Source of the DNA: Nitrospira sp.
GTDB taxonomy: Bacteria > Nitrospirota > Nitrospiria > Nitrospirales > Nitrospiraceae
Direction: 5' to 3'
Length of the DNA stretch: 64,000 bases
NCBI GenBank assembly: GCA_047150005.1
Contig: AP038806.1
Coordinates: forward strand, 960,001-1,024,000
In this document: positions 7,978 through 19,379 of the stretch, piece after piece
Layout of the letters: each line of letters starts with the position of its first letter
Numbering within the stretch: the stretch's first letter is position 1
Position numbers and translations under genes: made by a program
Notes under the pieces: generated by a model
Database searches by the model: none
What the model saw: only the letters and a program-made list of their open reading frames with translations
What the model was told of the DNA's origin: nothing

Positions 7978-8136
7978 CCTGTGTCGATCCCGGCGGTCAC
8001 AACCGGAAGGAAAACAGCAAGAGGTGGTGGTGGATATCAACTCATGGCGGTGGATATGAACCAGTCTCAAGAGACTAGGCGAAACAGGCTGAATGCTAAA
8101 CCTAGGAGAATCAGCGATTCTGAGCGTTTTCTGCAA

Positions 8137-8152
8137 TGGCACACTGGTTGCT
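8137..8152 (+). promoter_or_regulatory. Sigma54 (-24/-12) promoter
   Basis: TGGCACACTGGTTGCT matches TGGCAC-N5-TTGCW; about 85 nt upstream of the response regulator ATG. Confidence 0.8.
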
Positions 8153-8237
8153 CTCCTCCCTCGCAGGAATCGCGCAGACCGCAGAGCGAGATGGAAGACA
8201 CCATGAACACATCACCAATATCTACGAGGAGGGCATC

Positions 8238-8690
8238 ATGGGAGAAGAGTCTAAGGGAGGAGAATTTAAATCGGGATTCTTCATGCCGGAGCAGGCCACC
8301 AACGGACGCGTGCTCGTCGTCGACGATGAAGCCGACATTCGGAAGGTGGTGCGCATGACGCTGCAGAAGGCCGGGTACGACGTCCTCGAGGCCGAGGACG
8401 GGGAAAAGGCAATCAAGACCATCAACGCCGGGGAAAATCGGCTGCTTCTCGATGTCGTGATCTGCGACATCCGGATGCCGAAGATCAACGGGGTCGAAGC
8501 GGTCGCGTATTTCCGCGCCAACTACCCGCGCGTACCGCTCATCGTCCTGACCGGCTTCCCGGACACCGACATGGCCACGTCAATGTTGCGCCAAGGCGTC
8601 GTCGACTATCTCGTGAAGCCGGTTGAGGGGGAGAAGCTTCGGGAGGCGGTTGCGCGAGCGATGGATCAGCGCGAGCTCGCCCACTTATAA
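8238..8690 (+). CDS. Single-domain response regulator (CheY-like)
   Basis: VLVVDDE, VICDIRMP, IVLTG and YLVKP; GAGGAG RBS. Confidence 0.92.
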   Translation: MGEESKGGEFKSGFFMPEQATNGRVLVVDDEADIRKVVRMTLQKAGYDVLEAEDGEKAIKTINAGENRLLLDVVICDIRMPKINGVEAVAYFRANYPRVPLIVLTGFPDTDMATSMLRQGVVDYLVKPVEGEKLREAVARAMDQRELAHL

Positions 8691-8767
8691 ATGGCCTGCC
8701 GAACGCGTATGTTGCCAAGGGGAGGGTCGCTCAACGATCCTCCCCTCCGCCCCGGGAGGAACGCCCC

Positions 8768-9835
8768 GTGCAGAAGTTGACGGATAGCGCGGTGGTGTCG
8801 ACCATTGCGCCGACCAAAGTGGCGATTCTCGGCGCCGGCCGCGGAGGAATCGCCCTCCTCGATTTGTTGCACCAGATTCCGTCGATCGAGATCATCGGGA
8901 TCGCCGACCGCGACCGCCAAGCTCCGGGACTTCAACGGGCCCGCGACCTGCGGATTCCTGTCGCGGACCGAGCCGAAGAACTGATCGCCAATCACGGCGT
9001 CAATCTGATCATGGACGTCACCGCCGATCCTCAGATGGAGCGAACAATCCAACTCCATCGGCGGCCGGGCGCGGACGTCCTGAGCGGAACCGCCTCACGG
9101 GTTCTCTGGGAACTGGTCCGCCATGAGGCCAAGCTCCAGGCCGAACTGTTTCACGCCGAGAAGCTGGCGGGGATCGGCTCGTTCGCCGCCGGCATCGCAC
9201 ACGACATCAACAATCCGCTCCAGTTGATCCTTGGACTAGCGGAAAATCTGGCGGACGAGACCGATCTCACGACGATCCACGAGCAGGCCAAAGACATCGT
9301 CGAGGCAGTGAAACGGACCAGCGCCATTTGCCGGGATCTGATGCACTATGCACGCAAGTCGTCGTCCCGGGATGACTGTATGGTGAGTCTCAACGGACGA
9401 TTGGATGAGGCCCTGAAGATCGCCCGGTATGCGGCCAGCTTTCACGACATCGTCGTCGTCAAACAGTATGAGGCGGGGATCGGCGTAAAGGGCAATCCGG
9501 ATGAGTTGCTGCATGCGTTCGTGAACCTCATCACGAACGCCGTCCATGCTATGGACCAGGGAGGCGGCACGTTGACCTTAACGACGCACAAGGTCAGCGG
9601 CCAGGTCGTCGTTAGCATTGCCGACACGGGTTGCGGCATGTCGCCGGAGGTGCTGAAACGGTTGTTCGAGCCGTTCTTTACGACGAAGGGGCCGGGGAAA
9701 GGCACGGGGCTCGGCCTGTATAACGTGAAGACCATCCTCAACGACCTGCGCGCAACGATCGACGTGAAGAGCCTTATGGATGAGGGGACGACGGTGACCC
9801 TCACCTTTCCCATCCCCGACGAGGTGGCATCGTGA
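8768..9835 (+). CDS. Cytoplasmic histidine kinase with N-terminal Rossmann-like domain
   Basis: KVAILGAGRGG (GxGxxG); H-box AHDINNPL; NLITNA, DTGCG, FEPFFTTK and GTGLGL. Confidence 0.9.
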   Translation: MQKLTDSAVVSTIAPTKVAILGAGRGGIALLDLLHQIPSIEIIGIADRDRQAPGLQRARDLRIPVADRAEELIANHGVNLIMDVTADPQMERTIQLHRRPGADVLSGTASRVLWELVRHEAKLQAELFHAEKLAGIGSFAAGIAHDINNPLQLILGLAENLADETDLTTIHEQAKDIVEAVKRTSAICRDLMHYARKSSSRDDCMVSLNGRLDEALKIARYAASFHDIVVVKQYEAGIGVKGNPDELLHAFVNLITNAVHAMDQGGGTLTLTTHKVSGQVVVSIADTGCGMSPEVLKRLFEPFFTTKGPGKGTGLGLYNVKTILNDLRATIDVKSLMDEGTTVTLTFPIPDEVAS

Positions 9836-12357
9836 CCCCCCGGGGCAGCGGGCCGGCGCCGTCGACTCGCGGATGGAGACTCCATACCAAACTGATCGTC
9901 TCGATGCTCCTGGTCGGGGTCGTCCCGCTGCTCGTCGGCCTCGGAATGGCCTTCTGGCAGGGGTCCAAGGAGATCCATGAGGTCAGTGGAGAAAGTTTCA
10001 AGGCCTTGGCCACTGAGGCGGCCAGAAAACTCGACCTCCTGGTGGGTGAAGAGATCGGGAGAAATTCGCGGATCGCCTCGGACTCGATGATCATTCGGGA
10101 GCTCGAGCGGCGGCGCGATAACATTCAAGCCCGCACGTCGCCGACGCCGGATCCGCTCCTGGACGAGCAGCGGGCGAAATGGGAATCCAAAGACCCGGCT
10201 GCCGTCAAAGTGATTACCGAGAATCCCATCGCCACTCTGCTGCGCGAGTTTTACACGGGGGTGAGGAGCGAGCCGGATCAATTGATTCCTCAGGTCGTTC
10301 GTGGCGCCACCAAGATGCTGTTCGTCACGGACATCCAAGGCACTCTCGTGGCGGCCCTCACGGAGAGGCCGCGTTTTTCGAACGGTGAATCCGCGTGGTG
10401 GAAAGGCGCCTACAACAAGGGTATCGGTCAACTGTTTATTGAAGACGTCTATTACGATGATCTGGCCGGGACCTACGCCTTTTCGCTCTCTCTCCCGATT
10501 ATGGACAGCCTGGGCTACGAAGCGGTCGGCGTCCTCCACCGGGTGATCGACGCCAAGGAATTCTTCTCCCCTTCAACCCATGCGATCCGATTCGGCAAGA
10601 CCGGGCACGTCATGCTCATCGACCATCGCGGGATCGTGATGAGTTGCCCGATTCTTCCCACCGGAGTGAGTCTTTCCGACGCCAGTATCGTGCCGCTCGT
10701 CACGGGAGCCTACCCGGGATGGACCAGCGCGCCGAGCGACGGCCATGGAGGCCGTTCCTCGTCCATTATCGGATTTTCTCCGCTTCCCGAAACCAGCCGG
10801 ATCACCAACGGCTCGATCGAGATGGGATCATGGAATACGTTCGTCTGGCAATCCTCCGATGAATTGTTCGGACCCATCAGGCACCTGTTCACCTGGATGA
10901 CCGTGTTCGGCTCCATCGCGATGGTGCTGCTCGCGACGCTTGGGTATCTGGCGGCCACCCGTATCGTCACGCCGATCCGGCAACTGCAGCAGGCCGCGCA
11001 GTCCATCGGGCGCGGAGAGTTGCGGCAATCCATCCAGATCAAGACTGGTGATGAGCTCGAAGCCCTGGCCGAGGAGTTCAACCGCATGAACCGGCAACTC
11101 GAAGCCGCCTTCGCCGGGTTGACCGATCAGGTGAACCTCAAGACGCAGGAAGTCCAATACCTCCAGGAATCCACCGATCAGATTCTGGACGCCGTTCCCA
11201 CACCGATCATCATCATCGACGAACAGGAAGCGGTACAATATGTGAATCGAACCGGTCGCGAGGCCTTTCATCTCTCCAACGGCAGCGCGACCGCGGCGAA
11301 GCTCTTCGAGATCCTCCCGGTCGAGTCGACCCAGCAAGGGCGTCTGCGGCAGGAGCTGGAGGAGCAGACCGCGCGGGTCTCCGTGCTGTCCGTCTCGGGC
11401 GCCGAAGCAGCCGCCGGCTCCAAAATAGCTCTGCGCGATCCCTTAGCTCCCCTCCTCGGAACAGAAACCGACGATGGGCGGGCTGAGATCCAACTCGGGC
11501 ACCGGATCTATCAGTATCAATGGTTCCGCGTCATCGGGCGGCCCGGAGAATCCGAACGCGTCGGACTCGTGCTGCGCGACACGACGGACGAGAGCCGCAT
11601 GCAGGACAATCTCATTCAGGCCGAGAAATCCGGCAGCCTCGGCCTGCTCACGGCCGGCATCGGCCACGAACTCAATAACCCCCTGTTCGGCATCCTCGGA
11701 CTGGGGGAAGCGATCCAGGAGGAAGGCGATCTTGGTCGCGTGAAATCATACGCCCAGGACATCCTGCAACACGGCAGACGCATGGCGTCCATCATCCGGG
11801 ACTTCACCGGCGTGACCACGCGCGAATCCTCAGACCAGCGGCTATCCGTGACCCTTGAGCGGGAGATCGATCGAACCTTGGCCGCGCTCACCCTGACCCT
11901 GGATGTGTCCGCTCTGAAGATCGAGCGTGATTACGCCGGTGAAACCCCGGTCGTCGTGTCGCCCGATCAGCTCAGGCAGGCGTTGAACAACATCATGGTG
12001 AACGCCATCCAGGCGATGAAGGGACGGGGAACCTTGCGCCTCGTGACCTCGCTGGTGGATCAATCCGTCGTGGCCACAATCGCCGACTCGGGGCCGGGGA
12101 TCCCCAAACAGCACCTCTCGAAAATCTTCGATCCATTCTTTACGACCAAGGGACAGGGAGAAGGATCGGGTCTCGGCCTCACCGTCGCACGCCGAATCAT
12201 CAGGAAGTTCGGCGGCGATATCCGGTTGGAAAGCGTGGAGGGGCAAGGCACCTCCTGCATCATCACCCTTCCGGCAGCGCCCCGGTCCCCCTCGTCGAAG
12301 GAGGCCCCATGTACCGTCCCCGAATCTCACATTCCGCCGCAATCGTCGCATTCGTAA
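9832..12357 (+). CDS. Membrane sensor histidine kinase (Cache-HAMP-PAS-HisKA-HATPase)
   Basis: Two TM helices, HAMP (TGDELEALAEEFNRM), GHELNNPL, FDPFFTTK and GSGLGL. Confidence 0.93.
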   Translation: MTPRGSGPAPSTRGWRLHTKLIVSMLLVGVVPLLVGLGMAFWQGSKEIHEVSGESFKALATEAARKLDLLVGEEIGRNSRIASDSMIIRELERRRDNIQARTSPTPDPLLDEQRAKWESKDPAAVKVITENPIATLLREFYTGVRSEPDQLIPQVVRGATKMLFVTDIQGTLVAALTERPRFSNGESAWWKGAYNKGIGQLFIEDVYYDDLAGTYAFSLSLPIMDSLGYEAVGVLHRVIDAKEFFSPSTHAIRFGKTGHVMLIDHRGIVMSCPILPTGVSLSDASIVPLVTGAYPGWTSAPSDGHGGRSSSIIGFSPLPETSRITNGSIEMGSWNTFVWQSSDELFGPIRHLFTWMTVFGSIAMVLLATLGYLAATRIVTPIRQLQQAAQSIGRGELRQSIQIKTGDELEALAEEFNRMNRQLEAAFAGLTDQVNLKTQEVQYLQESTDQILDAVPTPIIIIDEQEAVQYVNRTGREAFHLSNGSATAAKLFEILPVESTQQGRLRQELEEQTARVSVLSVSGAEAAAGSKIALRDPLAPLLGTETDDGRAEIQLGHRIYQYQWFRVIGRPGESERVGLVLRDTTDESRMQDNLIQAEKSGSLGLLTAGIGHELNNPLFGILGLGEAIQEEGDLGRVKSYAQDILQHGRRMASIIRDFTGVTTRESSDQRLSVTLEREIDRTLAALTLTLDVSALKIERDYAGETPVVVSPDQLRQALNNIMVNAIQAMKGRGTLRLVTSLVDQSVVATIADSGPGIPKQHLSKIFDPFFTTKGQGEGSGLGLTVARRIIRKFGGDIRLESVEGQGTSCIITLPAAPRSPSSKEAPCTVPESHIPPQSSHS

Positions 12358-12902
12358 TTCTCTGCAGCTGGAGCGGATCCACGGCATTTTCGGCCAAAGA
12401 GGCGCCGCAGCCCATCGGCATCCCCCCGGAAAAGGTGGCCGGCTATGTCCATGCCGTGCTGCAGGCAGACCGCACGATTTACACGAAGCAGGTCGTCAAT
12501 CGCATGCAGGAGAAGGGAGTAGTCAACGCGGCTGAACATTGGGAACAGGACAATGCCTTGCCGCTGCCGGCGCAGTTTCTTCAACATTCCGGAAAACTGG
12601 TCGCCGAGAGTGGAGAAGGCATCCGCTATCGGCTGATCGGGCTGTCCCCCATCTACCAGCGCAACGCGCCGGCGACGGACTTCGAGCGCAAAGCGCTGGA
12701 ATCCTTGAACAGGTCCTCCAACGCTCCCGTAACCGGCATCGTGTCGAGCGGGCGGAAGCAGTATTTCCAAGCCATCTATCCGGACCGAGCCGTCTCCGCC
12801 GCCTGCGTGAGCTGCCACAACAGCCACCCGCTCAGTCCCAAGCGGGACTTCAAGCTCAACGACGTCATGGGGGGCATCGCCATTACGATTCCGTTGGATT
12901 AA
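12309..12902 (+). CDS. Exported DUF3365/Tll0287-like c-type heme protein
   Basis: Signal peptide, LPLPAQF, CVSCH and DFKLNDVMGG. Confidence 0.88.
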   Translation: MYRPRISHSAAIVAFVILCSWSGSTAFSAKEAPQPIGIPPEKVAGYVHAVLQADRTIYTKQVVNRMQEKGVVNAAEHWEQDNALPLPAQFLQHSGKLVAESGEGIRYRLIGLSPIYQRNAPATDFERKALESLNRSSNAPVTGIVSSGRKQYFQAIYPDRAVSAACVSCHNSHPLSPKRDFKLNDVMGGIAITIPLD

Positions 12903-12987
12903 CGGCAGACCGGTTCCGTTCGCACGTAGTCCTCTGGATAGAGGGCACGGCATCTCCGGAGGAATCAGCACATACCGGCAGGTGGGC

Positions 12988-14061
12988 TCAGGGGGCGGGA
13001 ACGTTCTGCTGGTACTCTTCCCGATAAATCTGCAGCGCCGTGATGAAGAGACTGACCAGAACCGGTCCGATGAAGAGGCCGATCAGGCCATAGAGAGCCA
13101 GGCCGCCGAGGACGCTGAAGACCAGAAAGAGCACGGGAATCTCCACATCCTTGCCGATCAGCCAGGGTCGAAGGACCTGATCCACCGTCGAGACGACTCC
13201 CACTCCCCAGGCCAGCATTGCCACCGCTTTCCAAATCGTTCCGGTCCAGAAGAGATAGGCCACGACCGGGCCCCAAACGAGCGCCGTCCCTCCGAACGGG
13301 ATCGGCGCCAGAATGATCGTCAGCGCGGTGAGCACGACGGGGAACGGCACACCGAGCACCAAATAGGCCAGGCCCGCCAGAAGGCCCTGAACTGTCGCCG
13401 TGACGAGCATGCCCTTGACCACGGCCCGGACGGTTTGATCCAAACGAGTGAGGATCTTCTGCTTGTGCAACCGGTCCAGTGGAATGAGGTCGTTGAGCGA
13501 CTGAGTCCATTCCTTGCCCTCTTTATAGAGGAAGAACAGCACCAACAGCATGATGAAAAAATCCGTGACGAGCAACAACGTGTTCTTCAACAGACCGCCC
13601 ATTTGATCGACGAAGAACTGGCTGAGAAACTTGGCTCCGGTCATGACCGATTGTTCCGCCGAGATCTCCTGGAGATTCTTCCCGGTGACGAGGCTCCGGA
13701 GCCATTCGCCGGCGACCGGCACGGCCGCGACATGCTCGGGCAGGCGATCCAGCCCCCCTTCGGCGATCCAGGACCGGATCGCTTTTTCCGCGTCCCTGGT
13801 CTCATGAACGAGCAGGATGCCGATGATGATCAACGGCACCACGACGACGGCCAGCACTCCGATGGTCAACATCGAGGCGGAGAGCGTATCCCAGCCGCCG
13901 CAGAGCCTGGTCAACCGTTCATGGAGCGGATAGGTCGCGTGCACGAGGAGCGCCGCCCAGAGGGCCGGAAACACGAACGGCTGGAGGATGAGTCCGATTT
14001 GATAGAGAAGAAAGAGAAGAAGCCCGAAGAAGACAACCGTAAACGGATGCGGTCTGGTCAT
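12988..14061 (-). CDS. AI-2E family transporter
   Basis: Multi-TM with QGLLAGL, IPFGGTALVWGP, DQVLRPWLIG and GLFIGP. Confidence 0.9.
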   Translation of the reverse strand: MTRPHPFTVVFFGLLLFLLYQIGLILQPFVFPALWAALLVHATYPLHERLTRLCGGWDTLSASMLTIGVLAVVVVPLIIIGILLVHETRDAEKAIRSWIAEGGLDRLPEHVAAVPVAGEWLRSLVTGKNLQEISAEQSVMTGAKFLSQFFVDQMGGLLKNTLLLVTDFFIMLLVLFFLYKEGKEWTQSLNDLIPLDRLHKQKILTRLDQTVRAVVKGMLVTATVQGLLAGLAYLVLGVPFPVVLTALTIILAPIPFGGTALVWGPVVAYLFWTGTIWKAVAMLAWGVGVVSTVDQVLRPWLIGKDVEIPVLFLVFSVLGGLALYGLIGLFIGPVLVSLFITALQIYREEYQQNVPAP

Positions 14062-14095
14062 GCGTGTTTGGATCCCGTTGACCAGCCCACTATCG

Positions 14096-14539
14096 CTAGG
14101 CGTTCGACTCCTTGTCAAGGACGACGACGTGTTTGGTTCGATGGGTGGAGAGCTCGTGAACGGTGCCGGGAATCTTGGGCAGTTCGTCCGGCCAGGACGC
14201 GACACCCATGTCCGTGGAGCCTTGCAGCTTCGCGCCTTCCTCCATCATCAAGACCGGAGCATGGACTTCGCCGATCAGAATGGCGGTCTTGAGCAGCTGC
14301 ACGCGTTCGCTGGCCGTCACCGTGGCCTTGATGCGGCCGCTGCTGACCACCACGCCCGCATCGATGGTCCCTTGCACCAGCCCCTCCTCGCCGATGATCA
14401 CCTGCCCGTTGGTGTGAATGTCTCCTTCGAGGCGTCCGTCGATCCGAACCGTGCCGTCGACGCGAATCTCGCCCCTCAACTGGACCCCCCTGGCCAGGAG
14501 GGTGATGTTATCGTCGCCGGAGAATCCGTTTTTCTTCAT
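14096..14539 (-). CDS. Bactofilin (polymer-forming cytoskeletal protein)
   Basis: GEIRVDGTVRIDGRLEGDI and MEEGAKLQG beta-helix repeats. Confidence 0.9.
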   Translation of the reverse strand: MKKNGFSGDDNITLLARGVQLRGEIRVDGTVRIDGRLEGDIHTNGQVIIGEEGLVQGTIDAGVVVSSGRIKATVTASERVQLLKTAILIGEVHAPVLMMEEGAKLQGSTDMGVASWPDELPKIPGTVHELSTHRTKHVVVLDKESNA

Positions 14540-14621
14540 CAAGGCCCTCCTCACGCCATGTCACGCCAGATTACACCATCCACCCTGAATGGCCTAGCAG
14601 ATAATCGAATCGCCCGTCCGC

Positions 14622-16946
14622 TCATGACAGGCCGAACGAGCGCCGCAGGCGCTCCCACATCCCTCCCCCATGAGTCTCGCAATAGACGCTCGGCTCGGTG
14701 CCGTCGATGAATACCTCCGCCTCCTGCTCGGGACATTGGGAGGTTGCGAGCTGCCCGGTCCTCGGATCCACGCGGCGCGTCACGATGCCGGTCGGAATCT
14801 GAAACCGCGGAGCACGTTCCGGCACGACGCGCCGGACGACGTCCATCCAGATCGGGAGCGCCGCCTGACTCCCGGTGAGACGAAGCGGCTGCTCATCGTC
14901 GAATCCCACCCATACGCCGATCGTGAGGTCGGCTGTATAGCCGACGAACCAGGCATCACGATACCCATCGGTCGTTCCCGTCTTGCCGGCAATCGCGCCG
15001 GCGAAGCCGAGCGTCCTGGCTTTGGTCGCGGTACCCCGCTGAATGACGCCGTCCAGGAGCGACGTCACCACGTACGCCGCTTGGGCCGATACCGCCTGCT
15101 TGCGATCGGGCGTGGCGGTCCAGAGAAAGGCTCCTTGGCGATCGGCGACCGACCGGACCACGGTCGGACGAACCCAGATCCCTCCGTTCGCGACCGCTCC
15201 GTAGGCCGCGGTGATCTCCAGCAGCGAGACGGACGAACTCCCCAGGGCGATCGAGAGGTCCTCGGCCAAGGGACTCGTCACACCGAGACGCCTGAGCAGA
15301 TCCGTCACGGCGCGGGTGCCCACCGCCTGAGCGACCCGGACGGCGGGCACATTGAGTGACTGCTCCAACGCGCTACGCACGGTCACGCGGCCGCGGAACT
15401 GGCGGTCATAGTTCTTGGGAGACCAGGCACCGGTATCGGACTCGAACGTGACCGGTTCATCCGCCAGCAGACTGGCGGCCGTCAGGTTCGGCCCCTTCCC
15501 CTCCCGGGATGCTTCGAAGGCGGCCAGATAAATGAACGGCTTGAAGAGCGATCCGGCTTGCCGGCGGGCTTGGACGGCCCGGTTGAACTGGCTGAGACGA
15601 TAATCCCGCCCCCCCACAAGGGCCAGGATGGAACCGGTCGTCTGCTCCAGGATGACGACCGAAGCTTGAACCGGCCGACCTGCTGCTGCCAGCGACGGCA
15701 CGGTCCGTTCCAGCTTCTTCAACCCCTGTTCCACCGCATCGGTCGAGACCTGCTGGAGGATCGGATCGAGCGTGCTGTCGATGCGCAGTCCTTCCGGCAG
15801 CGGCGTCCCGACCGCCTCTTCCACCTGCCGCAACGCGGCATCCACGAAGTAGGGCGCGTCCGCCAGCACATCGTCGGGCGGTACGACCCGAAGCGGCTCG
15901 TTCACGGCGGTCTTCCACTCTTCTTCCGTGAGTCGCCCCCGTTCCCGCAGCATGCGAAGCACCACGTCCCGACGTTCGACGGCCGCCTCCGGATGCTTGG
16001 TCGGCGCATAGGTGTTGGGACCCTTGATCAAACCGGCGACCAGCGCCGTCTCCGCGACGGTGAGTTGGGGCAGCGATTTCCCGAAATAGCGATGCGCCGC
16101 CTCGCCGATCCCGTAGATCGAGACGAAGCCCGCCTGGCCCAGGTAGATTTCGTTGAGGTAACTCTCCAGAATCTCCTGCTTGCGATACTTCACTTCCAGC
16201 ACGACGGCGGCCAGCGCCTCTTTCATCTTCCGGACGAACGTCCGCTGGGGCGAATAGAAGAGATTCTTCGCGAGTTGCTGGGTGATGGTGCTGCCGCCCT
16301 GCACAACCACGCCGCTGATCAGGTTCCGCCAGACGGCCCGGCCGATCGCGACCGGATCAATACCGACATGCGAGAAGAAGCGGCGATCCTCGACCGACAG
16401 CACCGCGTCCACGATGAACGGCGGCATGTCCGCAAGGAGGATCCATTCGCGCACCTGCCTGGACCCGCCCCGCAACCCGCTGATCAACTCGGGCTCCAGA
16501 TAGACGGGGAACACGGGCGTCCGATCCGGCATCGACAGAACTTCCGTGATCGTCCCCTGATCCAACGTCAGCCGGATCACGCGGGCCTTCAAGAGACTCT
16601 CGGGCTGCGCGCGCAGATAGATCGTCAACGCCTCGGGGATCAGGTGATAGTCTCCCGGGGTCGCGACTTCGCCGGTCACGGCCCGATAGCCGAGCCGCTG
16701 CAACCGCTCGAGCAGCCGCGACTCTTTGACCGACAGGTCGGACTTCAACTGGAACGGCGCAGTATAAAGCCGTAACGGCGGATGATCCTCGCGTTTCGGC
16801 AATTCGAGGAACGTCGCGAGGTAGGCTCCATAGGTGACCACCGCAAGCAGCAGGAGCAGGCCCAGGCCTGCCGCGGCCACGGCGCCTCGTATGAGCCAAG
16901 GGGAACGCACGACTGTCCGGATCCATGCACGCATGGCGGTTACCAC
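14622..16946 (-). CDS. mrcB: Class A penicillin-binding protein 1B
   Basis: GT51 motifs EDRRF and GGSTITQQLAKN; transpeptidase SLFK, SLN and KTG; UB2H-like segment. Confidence 0.88.
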   Translation of the reverse strand: MVTAMRAWIRTVVRSPWLIRGAVAAAGLGLLLLLAVVTYGAYLATFLELPKREDHPPLRLYTAPFQLKSDLSVKESRLLERLQRLGYRAVTGEVATPGDYHLIPEALTIYLRAQPESLLKARVIRLTLDQGTITEVLSMPDRTPVFPVYLEPELISGLRGGSRQVREWILLADMPPFIVDAVLSVEDRRFFSHVGIDPVAIGRAVWRNLISGVVVQGGSTITQQLAKNLFYSPQRTFVRKMKEALAAVVLEVKYRKQEILESYLNEIYLGQAGFVSIYGIGEAAHRYFGKSLPQLTVAETALVAGLIKGPNTYAPTKHPEAAVERRDVVLRMLRERGRLTEEEWKTAVNEPLRVVPPDDVLADAPYFVDAALRQVEEAVGTPLPEGLRIDSTLDPILQQVSTDAVEQGLKKLERTVPSLAAAGRPVQASVVILEQTTGSILALVGGRDYRLSQFNRAVQARRQAGSLFKPFIYLAAFEASREGKGPNLTAASLLADEPVTFESDTGAWSPKNYDRQFRGRVTVRSALEQSLNVPAVRVAQAVGTRAVTDLLRRLGVTSPLAEDLSIALGSSSVSLLEITAAYGAVANGGIWVRPTVVRSVADRQGAFLWTATPDRKQAVSAQAAYVVTSLLDGVIQRGTATKARTLGFAGAIAGKTGTTDGYRDAWFVGYTADLTIGVWVGFDDEQPLRLTGSQAALPIWMDVVRRVVPERAPRFQIPTGIVTRRVDPRTGQLATSQCPEQEAEVFIDGTEPSVYCETHGGGMWERLRRSFGLS

Positions 16947-16991
16947 GAAGGGATTTCAGGTCGACGTTCCCGATCCGAAGGCTCGCGCTCC

Positions 16992-18506
16992 CTATGCATC
17001 GTACTTCCCGGATGGTCGTCCAGGGGATTTCTTGACCGGACTCCCGATCATCTCCGGCGTTCCGCTCGCCTTGGATGAGACCTCGCGGGCCGCACTCGAC
17101 CGGCCGTAGATCAGATGCGCCTTGGAGCCGAGGGCCATGCCGACTCCGGCCATCAGCAGCCCCAGGAGTTGGGGCGGCCAGATCGACCGCTCGGGACTGA
17201 GCGCTTCCCCCGCGATCCAGGTCAAGAGGCCCAAACCAATCGCGCACAAAGCGCCCGTCGCCGTGGCGCCGCGCCAGTAGAGGCCTGCCGCCAGCGGAAC
17301 GAACGCCGCCACCAGCGTGACTTTGTAGGTATTGACCACCAGCTGATAGATGCTGGCGTCCGAGTTGAAGGCGATCGCCAGCACCACGGCGGCAAATCCC
17401 ACCAGCACAATCCGCATCATCCTGAGAAAGCCCCGTTCATCCAACGCCGGCATCAGCCCCTTGATGACGTTTTCACTGAGGGCCACCGAAGGAGCCAACA
17501 GCGTCGCGCTCGAACAGCTCATCACGGCGGACAGCACGGCGCCGAAGAACAGAATCTGCGCCAAGGGCGGCGTATGTTCGACGATCAGCGTCGGCAACAC
17601 CAACTGAGAATCCTGCCGGAGCAGCGTCCCGAACTTGTCCGGATCCACGAGCAGCGCCGCATAGGCCAAGAACATCGGAACGAAACAGAATGAGAAATAG
17701 AGCGCCGCGCCGGCCAGCGACCCTCGAACTGCCGTCCGCTCGTCCTTGGCTGACGTGATCCGCTGGAACACGTCCTGCTGCGGGATGGAGCCCAACATCA
17801 TTGTCACCCCGGCGCCGATGAACGGGATCCAGGCGTCGAGCGACGCCTGAGGGAAGAACTCCAGCTTGCCGGCCTGCGCCGCGTGGCTGATGACGGTTCC
17901 TACTCCACCGGCCAGGCCGCTCACGACCGAGACGATATACAGCAGTCCTCCGATGATCACCGAGAGCTGCACGAAATCGAGAATCGCCACGGAGAACATG
18001 CCGCCGAAGGTGGTATAGGTCAGCACGATCATCGCGCCGATGACCATCCCCGCCTGTTGGCTCACCCCGCCTTCGGTGACCACGTTCAGGACGAGCCCCA
18101 GCACCTTGAACTGCGCAGCCACCCATCCGATATACGATGCCACGATGCAGAGCGTGCAGAGGACTTCCACGCGGCGGTCGTAGCGCAATCGGTAATAGTC
18201 CCCGACGGTGAGCAAATTCAGGCGGTAGAAGCGCGGGGCAAAAAACAGCCCGGCAAGCACCAGGCACAGGGTCGAGCCGAACGGATCGGCCACCACGCCG
18301 CGCAGTCCTTCTTTGACGAAGGTGGCGGACATGCCCATGAGTGCCTCGGCGCCGAACCACGTGGCAAAGACGGTCGCCGCCACGATCGGAAGAGGCAGAG
18401 AACGTCCGGCGACCGCGAAGTCCTTGGCGTCGTGCACGCGCCTGGCAGCATGGAGCCCGACCCCGACTGAGACCGCCAGATAGAGAATAACGAAGGTAAG
18501 AATCAT
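16992..18506 (-). CDS. Sodium:solute symporter family protein
   Basis: [16 protein letters not shown] and [11 protein letters not shown]; multi-TM. Confidence 0.92.
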   Translation of the reverse strand: MILTFVILYLAVSVGVGLHAARRVHDAKDFAVAGRSLPLPIVAATVFATWFGAEALMGMSATFVKEGLRGVVADPFGSTLCLVLAGLFFAPRFYRLNLLTVGDYYRLRYDRRVEVLCTLCIVASYIGWVAAQFKVLGLVLNVVTEGGVSQQAGMVIGAMIVLTYTTFGGMFSVAILDFVQLSVIIGGLLYIVSVVSGLAGGVGTVISHAAQAGKLEFFPQASLDAWIPFIGAGVTMMLGSIPQQDVFQRITSAKDERTAVRGSLAGAALYFSFCFVPMFLAYAALLVDPDKFGTLLRQDSQLVLPTLIVEHTPPLAQILFFGAVLSAVMSCSSATLLAPSVALSENVIKGLMPALDERGFLRMMRIVLVGFAAVVLAIAFNSDASIYQLVVNTYKVTLVAAFVPLAAGLYWRGATATGALCAIGLGLLTWIAGEALSPERSIWPPQLLGLLMAGVGMALGSKAHLIYGRSSAAREVSSKASGTPEMIGSPVKKSPGRPSGKYDA

Positions 18507-18704
18507 GCAGGCTTGCCTGCGCACCAGGCTGGAGGCGCAGTGTACCGTTGCGTCGGGCGCGGCGCAACTGTTCCCGCAGATCGTCGCCGGAGCGGCAAGA
18601 CGGCCCTTGGCCTCGTGCCGCCATCGGAGAAAAGTATTGAGCTTGCTTCTCGGGTAGCATATGGTGTGACGGTTTTGCCTCACTCTTACAAGAAAGGATC
18701 TCTC

Positions 18705-19379
18705 ATGCGCCCAGTGACGATCGTGATTGTGCTGCTGAGCCTGATGCTGTCGGCCATGCCCGCCGGCGCCGCGGATCCCTCCACCGACGATCAGAAAACC
18801 TTCTATGCCTTGGGACTATTGATCAGCCAGTCGCTGACCCCGTTCGCGCTCACGGAATCCGAACTCGACTTCGTGCGAGCCGGCATGACCGACGGTGTCC
18901 TCAAGAAGACCTCGAAGGTCGATTTGCAAGCGTTCGGGCCCAAAGTGAACCAGCTGCAGCAGACCCGCGCCGCTGCCCTGGCCGACACCGAAAAGAAGGC
19001 CGGCGCGGCCTTCCTGGCGAAAGCCGCGGCCGAATCCGGAGCCAAGAAGACCGACTCCGGCGCCATCGTGACGACCATCAAGGAAGGCAAGGGCGCGACG
19101 CCGACGGCCACCGACACGGTCAAAGTGCACTACCACGGTACGCTCATCGACGGGACCGTCTTCGACAGCTCCGTCAAGCGCGGCGAACCGGCGACGTTTC
19201 CTCTGAATCAGGTGATCAAGTGCTGGACGGAAGGCGTGCAACTGATCAAGGTGGGCGGCAAGAGCAAACTGGTCTGCCCTTCGGCGATCGCCTACGGCGA
19301 TCGCGGCTCACCCCCGACGATCAAGCCGGGCGCCACGCTGGTCTTCGAAGTGGAGTTGCTCGAGATCGTCAAGAAGTAG
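18705..19379 (+). CDS. fkpA: FKBP-type peptidyl-prolyl isomerase (FkpA/Mip-like)
   Basis: Signal peptide, [21 protein letters not shown] and LVFEVELL. Confidence 0.92.
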   Translation: MRPVTIVIVLLSLMLSAMPAGAADPSTDDQKTFYALGLLISQSLTPFALTESELDFVRAGMTDGVLKKTSKVDLQAFGPKVNQLQQTRAAALADTEKKAGAAFLAKAAAESGAKKTDSGAIVTTIKEGKGATPTATDTVKVHYHGTLIDGTVFDSSVKRGEPATFPLNQVIKCWTEGVQLIKVGGKSKLVCPSAIAYGDRGSPPTIKPGATLVFEVELLEIVKK

